DNA of 64,000 nucleotides from contig OZ076410.1 in NCBI GenBank assembly GCA_964187785.1, forward strand, positions 40,176,001 to 40,240,000. The letters run 5' to 3'. The notes under the pieces are model-generated. The model did not search any database. It was not told the origin of the DNA and worked only from the letters and a program-made list of their open reading frames with translations. Of the stretch, positions 20,041-32,100 are shown piece by piece. Each line of letters starts with the position of its first letter. The first letter of the stretch is position 1. The stretch comes from Amphiscolops sp. MND2022 (Eukaryota). The translations under genes were made by a program, and so were the position numbers.

Positions 20041-20910
20041 CGTTCATATCTTGTGAAGGGATAGTGGAGTGTAGTAAGAGGCAATCATTGTATTCTTCAT
20101 TTTCGCTCAAAATGGTGTAAGCGAGTTCGGTAGGACTTCTAATCTGATATTTTGTGATTTCTTTGTCAATGATGTCTAGCATAGAGTATCCAATTGTTCC
20201 TTTTACTAGTGTGATTGTATGGTTCTTGTTGTTTTCCATAACATCTGGCAAGGTCCTCTCGAACCGTGTGCAGAGGACATTTATGAAGTTGAGTCCTGTG
20301 GAAACTGCCTTTCGGTTTGGTAGGAATGTAGATCCGAGAGGAAAGGAGTTCTTCGCGTTTTCGGGGGCAAATTTGTAGCATCTTGTTGTTTTCGGGTCAA
20401 TGTACACAGAGTGGGGGATTTTTGCTGTTATTATTTGCGAAACATAGGGGTAGACTTTGTTTAGTTGAAGGCTATCATAGCAGAAGGTATTTAGAGGTCT
20501 CATGAGCTCTATACCGGGGAGGTCAAAATGTTTTTTGTTGATCTGTTCTTGGCAGAAATGCATTCCAAGAAGGTTCTGTGTCTTCATCTCGGTGATCCAG
20601 ACTGTCAGAGGGAAGTTGTGTTGGCCGTCGGAGTCATAGAAGAGTCTTAGTGAGATATATCCCATCATAGGAATGATTTGACCAGAGTAGTTCCGTGTTG
20701 TGTTGTTGCTCCTTTTGAGTTCGAGGTCTTGTTGAAATTGGCAAAGTTCTCTAAAGGTCCTATAGTTGATGATTGAAGATGTTGCCCCTGTGTCAAGTAG
20801 AAATTCAATTTCCAAGCCACTATCTTTTTGTGAGTCTCCGGCAGCAAAATAATAAAGATTAAGACTAAATTTTAACGGGGCACTGCTGCTATTTTCATTT
20901 CTCGGAGACC

Positions 20911-22354
20911 TTAGTAGTTTAAAGGACGAAAGTCGGCTACCGAGTTCACCGAGTAGTCAGTTTCTATGAATTGTACTATGGATCTTCCCATGTCGTTAGT
21001 CTTGGAAATCTTTGTTCGTAAGATTGAGTAGGGGTGCTGGGAATTTCGTTTCTGTTTTGTCTCTGGAAAACTGAGTTACTCCTTGGTGGAAGAGGTTGTA
21101 TGTTGCGGTTGAACGAACTAAACAGTCCTCTATTGGAGACAAATGGAGATCTTGCTCTCTGTGGTCCAGGAGAGACGTTCCTAGAATTGATAGTGTTGTT
21201 GGAAAAGGGTCTTCGCGATTCTTGTGAAAATCTCGATTTATTAGGGTCAAACCTTGTGTTCATAGTTCTGCGTTCTGGGTTAAAGTTTCTGTTCTGTGGT
21301 CTATCGAATCGGTTCCAAGTAGGGGTTGCTTGTAGAGCTCCAGCGAGCGCCAGTTGATGTGCCTGCCACAGCCATATGTTTTTGGAACTCCGAATCGGGT
21401 AATCTTGACTGAAATCTTGAGCCATGTCCAGGTCCGGTTCTTTTGTTGTAATCGTTGGTGAAGTTATTCTCTTTTCTGTGTTAGCCTCATTTTGAACTTT
21501 CTTAACTTCTTCGTCTCTCATCTTCTTTCTGCACCAGTTAGGTGTATGTCCATTCGTTCTGCAGTAGCCGCAGAATCGTGTGGCCATTATTCGTCCTGTA
21601 GCATCTACTGTTTTCTCTACTGCGTTGATCGTGTTATTCATCTGTTCTTTGATTTGTAGTTTAATTCCCTTCAGGTCGTCTCGCATTTCCTGTATGAGTG
21701 GGTCTGCGTGTGATTCTCCGCCAGTGAGGGCGGTAGTTACTGTGTAGGAATGGTCTTTGTTTATTACTGCTTGTGAAAATTGCTCCCAAGTTCATTCGGG
21801 TGGTCCATTAGATATTCGTGTGCCTTTTCCCTCAGCTTTGGAGGTCTTAGGCCTCTCAGTGAGTAGTCGATGCACCTTTGTCTTCTTTGTCTGTCTTGTG
21901 CTGCTCTTTCTGCATTTCTGTCGTTTTGGGCAACGCCAGCAAGATCATTTGGCCAGCCTTTCCCCACGACAATTTTGATTCTGTGTAGGAAATTCTTGAT
22001 CTCTTCTCCTTCTCGTCTGGTAACATGTTCTGCTTCTATTCTGTGCCTGAATTTGTTTCTGCCATCTGCGAATCGTGTGATGAACCTTTCTCTGATTTCT
22101 GCCCAAGTGTTAGCGTCTGTGATGCTGGTCTCGAACCACTCCGCTGTGGGTCCTCTTAGTAGTGTAGCAAAGTAGGATTTTCTTCTGGAGTTGTAGTCGT
22201 CAAGTGCTGCTCCGTTTGCTGGGGTATCGCCATGAGAAAATCGGAACTTCTTTTCGATTAGCTGTATAAATTGTTCAGGATCTTGATTTGGGTCTGTTCC
22301 TGTGAATTGGTCTCTGCCGAGGTCTGGATAAGCAAAGTAATTTTGCGCAGCCAT
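20911..22354 (-). pseudogene. gag: Gypsy gag (capsid-like domain + CCHC zinc knuckle), frameshifted
   Basis: 'LRGPTAEWF...TWAEIRERFITRF' retrotransposon gag pattern; CGYCRTNGHTPNWC = CX2CX4HX4C. Confidence 0.9.
20917..20923 (-). promoter_or_regulatory. -1 ribosomal frameshift slippery heptamer U UUA AAC at the gag/pol junction
   Basis: The gag frame ends CCT TTA AAC TAC TAA (PLNY*); the -1 frame TTT AAA CTA... stays open through to FLLDTG. Confidence 0.8.
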
Positions 22355-23400
22355 TGTGAGCTGTTGAAATTATTAGAGAAAGGAATTGTAGCAACGAATA
22401 GTAAATTAAGGATTCGATTAGGTAAGATACTTCAGGTCTCTGTGAATAACCACAAAGGACTAAGGTAAAAGACGCTCTTGCAAGGATTCTAAAGATTATA
22501 AGAATTAGGCAGGCCTGACTTTGCATATACTCAGTAGTATGCAAAAAAAAAATTTTGAAGATCTCGCCTCTCAGCTTAGGAGATGTTAGTCCTCTGGTTT
22601 AAATATTTCAAACCCAAAAAATTAGGGGATACTTACAAATCCCGCTAAATTTAGATGATTAACAGAAAGGGCAATTCTGGGTATACCAATCCTCCGAATT
22701 AACCCAAAGAAAGGAAAATATGGAGAGTAAAATCGGTCCAAAAGGTCTTCAATTCGCTAGTCTAGCCTTTCAATGGCTTTTGTAGAAGTAGCGCAACAAA
22801 CAAACAGAGGGAGTCACTCTCGTCCTCAGGATTAAGTAGCCCGGGGCCAAGATCACTATCATGCAAACACTAGGGTACTATCACTAGAATTCTTAGAATT
22901 CTAGGTTTCCACCTTGGATTGCTACACAGGTTCCTGGACACCCACTGGGCTCACGGCCTTCAATCAGCCTCCGAGGAGACCTAGGCGGGCTTTTCCTTAA
23001 TATGTGTCCGTCTGGACTCGAGTGAATTTCCCAACTGTAAGTTTAAATTCCATATTAGAAAACAGTTTCATTCTTGTTAAGGACCGAATGTAATCTCATA
23101 GCGTTTCTGTATAATTAATATAAGTAAATCAGCTCTAACCGTTTTGGGGATTGAGAGGGCTAAGTTGAGCGGTGCACAAAGTTTTCCGAAAGCTGTTAAG
23201 CTGGAGAGATTCTATTGGAATACTTACCAGCAGTTCTATGATTTATATAGACCAAAGAAGCCACATATTGAGGCAGTAGGAGAAAAAAGAAAATAAGAAT
23301 TAAAACTAAGAGAAATAGGTAATTAACCGTGACTTCTGAGAGTAGGGATTCTAACAGATAGCTCATTTACTTCTCTTTTAAAAGAGAGAAAGAATTAAGC

Positions 23401-23416
23401 CTCACTGGTCGCACCA
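23401..23416 (-). promoter_or_regulatory. Primer binding site of element 1
   Basis: TGGTGCGACCAGTGAG lies 3 nt downstream of the 5' LTR ...CA; complementary to a tRNA ending ...GCACCA. The priming tRNA was not identified. Confidence 0.8.
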
Positions 23417-24156
23417 GTTTGTCGCACGCATGGGTAGATTTTACTATTTACTGTTTTCTCTTTTCAAGGGACTGTTCAATTGTTATCTATATTAGTCAGT
23501 TCAGCTTCTGTTGCATTTTGCGAAGTACTTTCAGGCGGCCGTTCCTTTATTGATTAGGTATGAGTAAGAAAGTCTCAATAGCTTACTCTGTGTTATCCTG
23601 AAAAGAAGTGCCTTGCGTGTACGTGCGGACAAAGGAAGTTGCGTGAGTAAATGCAAGGCAATGTATGTAAAAGAGCTATCTGAAACGGGGAGAAGTATAA
23701 GAAATAAATATGTTGAATTATATCACATGAACAGGCATAAATAAGGAACAAATTTTTACAGGCGTAGCAGTATTTATTCCACTTTTACAATTATCAGCTG
23801 TTACTGAGCAAAAGAGAAATTTGTTTTCAGCCAAAGTAATATTGCTTTTACTTATTTAAATTTAATGCAAGGTATTCATAAAATTTAGCATCGAAGAAAT
23901 CCTTGAACTTTCATTTCAGTTCGGGAATCTTATCAGAATACAAAGTTTACAATCCGTTATAGCTTTGACGGAAGTATTTTTCTTTTTGTGTCTCTATTCA
24001 ATTTTAAAATTGAGTAGCATCAAGACACTTTGGGTAAATAAAGCTATAAGTTAAAGATTATTCTTTCGGATGAATCTATGTAACGTCAGTCCAGTTGACT
24101 CTTGACTAGACTAGGAAAAAGGTTTCGATGTTAAAACCGCTGAACGAAACCAGCAT

Positions 24157-24550
24157 AAAATTTTCTAAGTTAGAAATTAAGATAGCCGCTGAGTGAAATC
24201 TGCGGAAAATTTTCTAAGTTAGAAATTAAGATAACCGCTGAATGAAATCTGCGGAAAATTTTCTAAGTTAGAATTTAAGATAACCGCTGAGTGAAATTTG
24301 CTGAAAATTTTCTAAGTTAGAAATTAAGATAACCGCTGAGAGAAATCTGCGGAAAATTTTCTAAGTTTGAAATTAAGATAACCGCTGAATCAAATCTGCG
24401 GAAAATTTTCTAAGGTAGAAATTAAGATAACCGCTGAGTGAAATCTGCGGAAAATTTTTTAAGTTAGAATTTAAGATAACCGCTGAGAGAAATCTGCGGA
24501 AAATTTTCTAAGTTAGAATTTAAGATAACCGCTGAGAAAAATATCTAAGT
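24157..24550. repeat. 49-bp tandem repeat inside the 5' LTR (8 units)
   Basis: Same unit as 7418-7765 with one extra copy. Confidence 0.9.
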
Positions 24551-25011
24551 TATTTTAGACTCACCAAGCCGCGGACTAAGTCGGATTGAAGGAATTTTCC
24601 TAAGACAAGTTGAGCTTGGGAGAAAAGGGAAGAAGTGGATTGGGAGAGAAGGAAAATTTTATAAGATAATAATCAAAGAAAGAAGAGGGGAAATGGGAAG
24701 ATAGACTTTTTAAGTCTAAGATAAACGGCAGCGAAATGAGGGGAAGATAAGCAAAAGAGAAAGGGGGAAATAAGAGTCGAGGGAGAGAAGAGGGAGAATA
24801 AGAATAAGAGAAGGGAAGTGAAGGAAGAGAAGGGAAGAGGGAAGAGAGCTGCTTAAGTTGAGCTCAGCCGTTCGGCGGGAAGAATGAAGCTCCAGCCTGT
24901 GCGCGCGGTATAAAATCAAACCGAGCACTTCTGCTAACTGGCATGTTTTGCTTGCTACCAATAGTGGCTGTGCTTCATTTTCAAATCTGCGCGGTAAGTA
25001 ATAGAAATTTT

Positions 25012-25423
25012 GGCTCTTTTCTGTTCCCCCCCCACCACCAAAATTTTTGAAAATAACTTTCCTTAAAAACTTTAGACTAACCTTTTTAAAAGTAAAACCT
25101 TCTTTCATAACAGAAAGTTAACTTCTATTGGAGTAGTTTTCCGCTTGAACAAAACATTGTTCACGCATTTTGACTATAATTATGTTCGTATTAAGTGTCT
25201 ATTGATGACTCAAAACAGGAAGCTGTTGATTTCTTCATCAAAAAAAGGCGTGACTACATATTGAAAAAGTGTGAAAAAAGTTTGTATCTGAATCCTAAAC
25301 GATCACCCTGAGAATAAATTTAAAATTGAAGCTTTCTGGTTTGTATTCAAGTCTATTTGCTATAAGATTTTCACTAATTTTCCAAAAAAAATTTTGGTGG
25401 TGGGGGGAAAACAGAAAAGAGCC
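25012..25423. mobile_element. 412-bp MITE with GG...CC TIRs and 8-bp TSD (Merlin-like)
   Basis: TIR GGCTCTTTTCTGTT(T)CCCCCC(C)ACCACCAAAATTTTT at both ends; GAAATTTT duplicated at 25004-25011 and 25424-25431; the empty site is visible in the other LTR (~8214-8221). Confidence 0.9.
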
Positions 25424-25555
25424 GAAATTTTCACTTGTGCAATTCCTTTCCCGCAGTACTCCATTATTATTACTTTCCTTTGCGGCCGCCACGTTATGGC
25501 CGCCGTTTATTTTATTCCCTTCACTTTCTTCGCCTTTACACAACGTTAGTTCTAT

Positions 25556-25755
25556 NNNNNNNNNNNNNNNNNNNNNNNNNNNNNNNNNNNNNNNNNNNNN
25601 NNNNNNNNNNNNNNNNNNNNNNNNNNNNNNNNNNNNNNNNNNNNNNNNNNNNNNNNNNNNNNNNNNNNNNNNNNNNNNNNNNNNNNNNNNNNNNNNNNNN
25701 NNNNNNNNNNNNNNNNNNNNNNNNNNNNNNNNNNNNNNNNNNNNNNNNNNNNNNN
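25556..25755. other. Assembly gap (200 N)
   Basis: Run of N bases. Confidence 1.
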
Positions 25756-25803
25756 CGATGTCTTCGTCATGTGTTGCCAAGCACCGCTTCGCCTCTCTGT
25801 TAA
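25756..25803 (+). mobile_element. 3' end of a Helentron-like element (same family as 27063-27355), truncated by the gap
   Basis: gtcttcgtcatgtg followed by the hairpin gccaagc-acc-gcttcgc, near-identical to 27314-27355. Confidence 0.55.
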
Positions 25804-26249
25804 TATTTCTGCGGTAGCAGGAATATTATTAAAATCCCAAGATGTCTATTTTTTCCAGTAAAATTTTTCACATGATACTGAATAATTCGGATATTTTGTT
25901 TGGCAGTGACTATAGGCGTGAGAATTAAGTTTCTGAAGCTGCCGATGACCATTCAATTCTTGTGCGATGGAACGAGCGAGTGGTACTCAAGCATTCGTAC
26001 ACTGACGTCATTGAGATGAAGCGAATGAGTGTTAATTATTTGTCCGCCAAGAGCTTCGCCTGCACTCAAATGCGAATGCGAAACTTCGTCTACGCTCAAT
26101 AGTTATATTTGCTTTAGTACGAGATTTAAAGGCGGTATAAACTGGTACAGTGAGTGCGCTAAATAATGATTAAACAGGTGTGTATTGGTATTCCAGATAT
26201 TATTCTATTATTAATGAAAGATTAAAGCAGAAATAATGAGTGGCCCGGA

Positions 26250-26700
26250 GGGGCCTATTTTATTAGATTGGTACACCAATTATCACGATTACTAAAATTG
26301 TGGTACGTTGAGAAATGCATTTTCCAATTTTTAGGAGTCGGAAGAATTTTCGACTATTTATGCAATCGTGTTGTTTTTTTTTGTTTTTTTTCTCCCGACC
26401 TTTTCATAAAAATTTCAAATTTCTCAAAAACTGTCCATACGATTTTCATAAAATTTTGCACAGTCATTCTACACTCAAAAGGGCCCCTGCGTGCTCAAAG
26501 GCATCAAAATCGTATGACTGAAATGTGAGAAACATAGCCAAAATTAGCCCAAAAATGGCCAAAATTAGCCCAAAACAGCCATTTTCGACTTTTTTTCGAG
26601 TTTTGCAAAAACTCCATGCGATTCGAACGAAAATTTCAACAGTCATCTTCTACACCATAGTATGGTCTATTTGTGCAATTTCAATAAATTCGGATAACTG
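26250..26700. repeat. Dispersed interspersed repeat, inverted relative to copies at ~32750-33260, ~39350-39860 and ~45840-46340
   Basis: 'aaatttctcaaaaactgtccatacgatttt...cattctacac' is the reverse complement of 'aaaatcgtatggacagtttttgagaa' in the tandem units. Confidence 0.7.
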
Positions 26701-27062
26701 GGATTGGAGCGAGTCATAAGGAAAAAGACCTAAACCGACTTCTTTACCGCATATGCGGCTCTGGTTTAAAATGTCAACTTCCAGGAAATAATTCTGAAGT
26801 TTAATTTTTTTGGTCTTTCTCGAGGCCGATGCTGGATCAATTCCATTGTTTTGTCATATTTTTGGTCGATCCAATTTAGCAGTGCAAGACTATTGGGAGA
26901 CAAAATTATACCGATTATACGATGATGGTCATCTCTGGACTTCATGAATAATTTGTCTCGACATGACTCGAAACTTTGACAAGAGATTTTTCAAGGCACA
27001 TGTTTTCTGCCGCTGATATCACTGCTCTGTAAACTTTGGGCAAACGTTTTTTGGGCAGTCAG

Positions 27063-27355
27063 TTTTTGCACATGACGAAGTCAATGTGCATTGCAGTCCA
27101 GCTAAGAAAGTTTTTTTTTCCACAATAGCCAACTTCATAATAAGCGCCTTTTAGAGAAAAGCCAAAACCCCAGAGAGATTCGAACCTGCAGCCTCCTGAT
27201 TGCGCGGCATAAGTGTTAACCACTGTGCCATAAGGACGTTATTGAATAAAGTTGAACTGTTGAATATATACGCATCCGATTAAAATAATATATATACGCA
27301 TATTAAAATCGTTGTCTTCGTCATGTGTTGCGAAGCACCGCTTCGCCTCTGTGTT
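27063..27355 (+). mobile_element. Short Helentron-like (HINE) element carrying a tRNA-derived segment
   Basis: Sub-TIR CACATGACGAAG (27069-27080) and inverted CTTCGTCATGTG (27316-27327), followed by the perfect hairpin GCGAAGC-ACC-GCTTCGC (27330-27346) and a TT end. Confidence 0.6.
27165..27237 (-). pseudogene. tRNA-derived sequence (Pol III A and B boxes), not a functional tRNA
   Basis: TGGCACAGTGG (A box), GGTTCGAATC (B box) and a downstream TTTT; acceptor and anticodon stems do not pair well. Confidence 0.65.
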
Positions 27356-29681
27356 AAACATTTTGCCGGCCAGAGCTGATAGTGTTGACCTCAATTTCCA
27401 TTGCTATTGGAACAAAATGAGGTCACAAACACTGCTTTAACGACAAATTGAATGCGCTGATTCGAAAAATGACAATTGATGGGGTGAACTGATCAATTGA
27501 TAAACATTGTAAGTATTTAAACTACCTTTTTGAACAATGATCTTCAAACAAGATCAATTTCATCTAGGTTTTTGGTTTTTCATTCAGTAATTGGCGTCTT
27601 CAATACGAGGAAACCCATTTGAATTGCTTTAACGCCATGAAATTTTTCAACTACGTGATTAGTTCAAAAGCTTTGATCGAAAAAACTTTATGAAAAAACA
27701 TTGAACATGGCGTCTCATGTTAATCGCTTTGATTAAAGAGATGTTACTGTGCCAATTTGTTTGGTTGCCTAGATAGATCTACGAGGGTTCTATCTATTCT
27801 AGTAGATCTATGTAGGTTCCAACCCAGTTTTTACCGCCACCGCTGTTACTATCAAAATTTGTTAGCAGCAGAAAAATAGCTACAGGGAATTATCTTATAG
27901 TAGTCTTCCGGATGCACTCATCACTTGAACAAAGTTATAAATAATTAAAGATTCAAACTTTCTGAACTAGACCATTCAAAGCTTATGAACAGCTTTCTTT
28001 TCATATACAATTCTTGAAAAACTGTAATATCTCTCTGAGCTTTATTTGTTTTTGTTATTTCTGCGATACGATACGGAACGCCGGGTTTTTGACATGAAGC
28101 GAATGAGTGTTAATTTTTCGTTCGCCGAGAGCTTGGCGTGCGTTCAGATGCGAATGCGAAACTTCGTCTACGCTTAGTAGTTATCTTTACTTAAGTCCGA
28201 GAAGAATTGAAGGCGGTGTAGACTGGTAGTGTGAATAATTGTGCGCTTTTCAGATGAATAAGATATGCTTCTACTATCGAATATGAAAGCCTAAACGCAG
28301 AAAAAATACTGTGCCCGCAGGGACTTATTTTAGGATATATAGAAGTCAAAGCTGGTTTCGAAGCTAGAAACAAGATTCCTAAAATGTATGAACAACTTCT
28401 CCAGTTGGAAGTCACGCGTTTTTGTATTTAGGCGGAAGGTAATCATTTTGTTTTGTAAATCACTTTTCGGTTAACTTCTAATTACCAACTCTTCGTCTCA
28501 GACTCAAAAGTCAAGAGAATGCGCGGCCCTAACCAATCATCTGCAACTAAGGTTGCTGTCAACTTTCGACGAAAAGTCACTTGCCAAAGATAGACTGAAC
28601 AACGAAACAATTGATGGCAAGTAGAAGTAAAAAGGTAAGTAGAAAGAAACAGTCATAGTTCCAGTGAACCACCACGTAATGTAGTCAGAAATCAATTTTC
28701 AGAGATGAGAAGCGAGTAAATTTTTCAAAACTCCGACTGAAACGTTCTTTTTCTGATGCTTTTGGTAAATTTCTGGCTGTTATTCCTAAGCTGAGTGGAG
28801 TTCAGTTTGAAGTTGAGTGAGAGTACACATGGATAAAACATAATTTTGAAAATTTTCCTGGAAGATTTGGAACACACTTCAGCGAAAATAATTAGGCTTG
28901 AAGAAAAATCTTATTGACAATTTTCTGACAGACGTTTACATAGCATTGCTTTGTTTTGGTTAATTTCCAAAGAGCACGTAGCTATGCACTGCAAAGCATG
29001 ACGGGACGTAAGAATTTTTCTGAACTTTGTTTTTAGTACGACGTCTTCCGAGTTTTTTTGAGTTGTTTTTGCAATCCAGAGAAGCGTCGTTATGCGTAAA
29101 ACAGTTGAAGAAACATTTTTACAAAGTCAAGGAGAACAAGGTCAGGTTCACAGGGTTTTAGAAATTTGAGTGTTTTCTTTGATTTAGACGATTCAGACAT
29201 AAAATTACTAATCATGCTATGATAACCGACTAAAACATTGTTTCTGCCCCATTGAACTCAAGTCCCTCGATGGCGGTCGTGGGATTTTTCGAAAAGATTC
29301 ATTGTGAAAGTCAATGAATCAGATTATTTCAAGTTGAGTAGCAACTGCGAGTGGTACATGCTGCGCAACAGTAGTCCTTTGACACATTACGGGCAACGTT
29401 CGAGGAGTATTGAACCGCAACACCGTTTCCAAAATAAGCTTTGGTCAAGGCTCTTTCAACTGAAGTAGATTTACTGCAAAGTTTTTCACTTCTTGATCTG
29501 ATTCCGACAATACACGCAGCCTGTGTCTGCAGCAAGGTGACCACTTGGTCTGCTTTTAGCAGACATTCTGCTTTGGTCTGTTTTTGTCTGCTTTTTCAAT
29601 CATGTCTGCTTTTTTCTTTTGAACGTATCAAATCTAACAATCTATATAACAAGTAATTTCATCATTTCTTAAAATGTTCTA

Positions 29682-31000
29682 ATGGTTTGTTATAACATTA
29701 TATTTTATTTTAAGAAAAAAATACCATGCTCTCTAACTCCTGCTATGAAGGAAACGTTTTCTTGGGCACTACCAATTCCCGGGAAACCCACACATGCTCG
29801 ATGCAAATTTGATGATGCCACCATCATTAGCGTTGAAAATGGTGGTGTACAGCTATCACGACTTGTGGAGACGAGTGAGCATTCGAAAGCAGCTGCCGAC
29901 TCGCGATTACAAGCTTTCTTCAACGATGTCAAGTTGTTAATTCATTTGGATCAATTCGTTATACATACTGAACCAATCTACAACTTTACAAAGCGGTCCA
30001 ATTGCCAAAGCTGAACATTTTTACTTGTCTCGAGTCCATTCTAAATCTTTTGATTAAATTTCTGCAACGCCTAGGACATTCGGTTTTGCTTTCTCCTTCA
30101 AAGTACAAGTCACTTTTATTTAAAAGTGACAAGCCAAAATTCTTTTGCAACAAAGTCAAAAATTTGCATTACACTGAAGACTTTGCACATGTTCTGCATT
30201 CCCTGAATAATCTCACCGCTTCTGAACAAGAAAGTCATAAAAATGAAGAACAACTTCAACGAATCTTGATGCGCTTCAAGCCTTTTTTGTTATCTCCCAT
30301 CGTGAGCAGATATCTCTTATTCGAATCTGAGATCAACAACAAATTTTTGAAAGTCTTACAAAATCTTGCGGATGCTTCGGATTTGAATGAAGTAATGGCG
30401 TTGAACGAATTAGCCGGTTTGCGATCGAAAAATATTATGAGCAACTTTTCCGATTTGCTCAAAGCAAATTTGCTTGATACTTCTCCTACGTTATTAAACC
30501 TTACAGAAACAATCCTACTGTATCTCCCACACATTATGATCGTGGAAAGTGGGTTTTCAAAAATGAATATTCATGAAAGCGACTACCAGCCAGGTATGCG
30601 TAACCAATTGTACGACGCAATATCAATTTGTAAATGATAATATTTAGCGGGTTGCCCTAGAAAAATTTGAGTTTGTGAACGAACTCAACATTGAAATGAA
30701 CAAAGCTAGCATACGATACCACGAGTCCGAAAAACAAAGATTGAAAAACGAACGCCAGGCACAAATAAACGGCATTGAATTAAAAAGAAAGAATTTTTGA
30801 AAAGATTTCAAATGGGCTACGCAGGAGAGAGTTAAAAGAAGTGGATAAAGAAGTGGCCGATATTGAGAAAAAAGCTTGCGGAAGCGCTCGATTGAAAACC
30901 GAAAACGTTGGACGAATCTGCTGCGGTCTCGGAAAATCAAGAGAACATTTCTAACAGTGTTATGAACAAACTCTTTAGAAAATAAGTTTGTTTTCCGAAA
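29682..31000 (+). pseudogene. Degenerate hAT-like transposase fragment (unit 1)
   Basis: 'SPTLLNLTETILLYLPHIMIVESGFSKMN...MRNQL' resembles the hAT C-terminal dimerization motif (P.L..L...L......ER.FS......RN.L); frameshifted; DDE residues not identified. Confidence 0.45.
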
Positions 31001-32035
31001 ACATTCCATACTAAAATTTCTCACGGTCTACTCACGGGCAAGTCTTTTTCAGAAATTATTTGTGGTTTCCCTGGTCTGCAGATATTGAAGGAATAACACC
31101 CCAAGTGGTTTTGATTCCACATGACAGATCCTCAGCCCATTCTCCGTGGCTGTTTTCCCAATACGTTTGAAATATTCTCGAGTCGAAAGTTTCGGCAATA
31201 TGCGCGAACTACGCCCCGAAACCAATAGCAACTGACAAATAATCAACGTTTCCAGAAATCGCTAGCAGTAACCGCCTCGAGTAACCGTCACATGCACGAT
31301 TACTTTGAATCAAGTTCGACTTTTGAAGAAACAGGTAGTAAAATAAAAAAACTTGTCAAACAAATAGGATGTTGTTTTTAGCTGATCGAAATCGTCTCAA
31401 ATTTGCCATTAATTACGTCGCAACTCAAATCAATAGACATGTTAGCCACGCAGTTGTTCGAAATCGGCGCATAACAGTTGAGATCTTGGTAACAACCTGT
31501 TGCCTTGTCGAAAGGAGTCTAAAAGCTAGACAACTGCGACCTGTCACTTCTGATGCGGCCGATTGGAAAGCATCATTTTCAAAACCTCAACTTCATAGGG
31601 AACTGCTGCTTCCGCTTTACCATTGCACACTTTTCCGACTCCATTGGAATTAATGGTTAAAGTGCGTACCATAGCATAGCCGACTCTCTAAATAGTCCAG
31701 CCAGTCAGGCATGCAACTTTTGATAGGAGATTGTCTAGACTATCGAACGAAATTTACATGAAGACATTATCCACTGGCTCGTTTTGTCAAGTTGAATTTT
31801 GGCAGCGATGTCGTCGCGTTCCGTTGAATTGAAGACTACCGCCGTATTTCTTGTTTGTTTTTGTTGTGAAGCTCACCCTCTCTGAATTGGAACTTTTGAT
31901 GATTCTTCGAAACGTATCACAACGTGTTGTTTTATCCATTTTGTATGTTCCTGAGTCATTTTAAAAACATCTGCTCGGTCCCGGAGGATGTTGCAAAGCA
32001 TTTCAAAAGAGAATGAACAAAGAAAGTATCAGACC

Positions 32036-32100
32036 TTTTGGCGTAATGGTAAAAGATTAGACTTTAAAGCTGTAAATTGCAGGTTTGAATCCCCATAATT
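32036..32100 (+). pseudogene. tRNA-derived remnant (unit 1; copies at ~38640-38700 and ~45135-45195)
   Basis: TGGCGTAATGGT ... GGTTTGAATCC with tRNA-like spacing; stems are broken. Confidence 0.45.

Larger units (their letters stand above)
15432..20923 (-). pseudogene. pol: Gypsy pol: protease - macro domain - RT - RNase H - integrase (GPF C-terminus); few lesions
   Basis: FLLDTGA (protease); YIDD (RT); VDSSNVGTG (RNase H); H..GGH...C..C zinc finger, IDHKGP/IIDAFSR/HDRGTAF/NGKVE (integrase); RLGPFTV after the stop at 16182. Frameshift between ORFs 19310-20815 and 16182-19679. Confidence 0.96.
6680..25555 (-). mobile_element. Env-bearing Ty3/Gypsy LTR retroelement 1 (at least 18.9 kb) with accessory genes
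   Basis: Paired direct-repeat LTRs (6680-8437 and 23420-gap) with TGTCGC...GCGACA termini, PBS and PPT in place, order gag-PR-RT-RNH-INT followed by env. Confidence 0.96.
23420..25555 (-). repeat. 5' LTR of element 1, containing a MITE insertion and running into the N gap
   Basis: Direct repeat of 6680-8340; begins TGTCGCACGCA; about 95 bp of the expected LTR is lost in the gap. Confidence 0.93.

Noticed and set aside
16587-22468. Short plus-strand ORFs opposite gag/pol (e.g. 17206-17493, 21034-21357, 21870-22175)
   Set aside because: Shadow frames of long sense ORFs with no independent motif.
25295-25817. ORFs spanning the N run
   Set aside because: Artefacts of translating the assembly gap.
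27165-27237. Functional tRNA gene (also 32036-32100 and its copies)
   Set aside because: A and B boxes are present, but the acceptor and anticodon stems do not pair.
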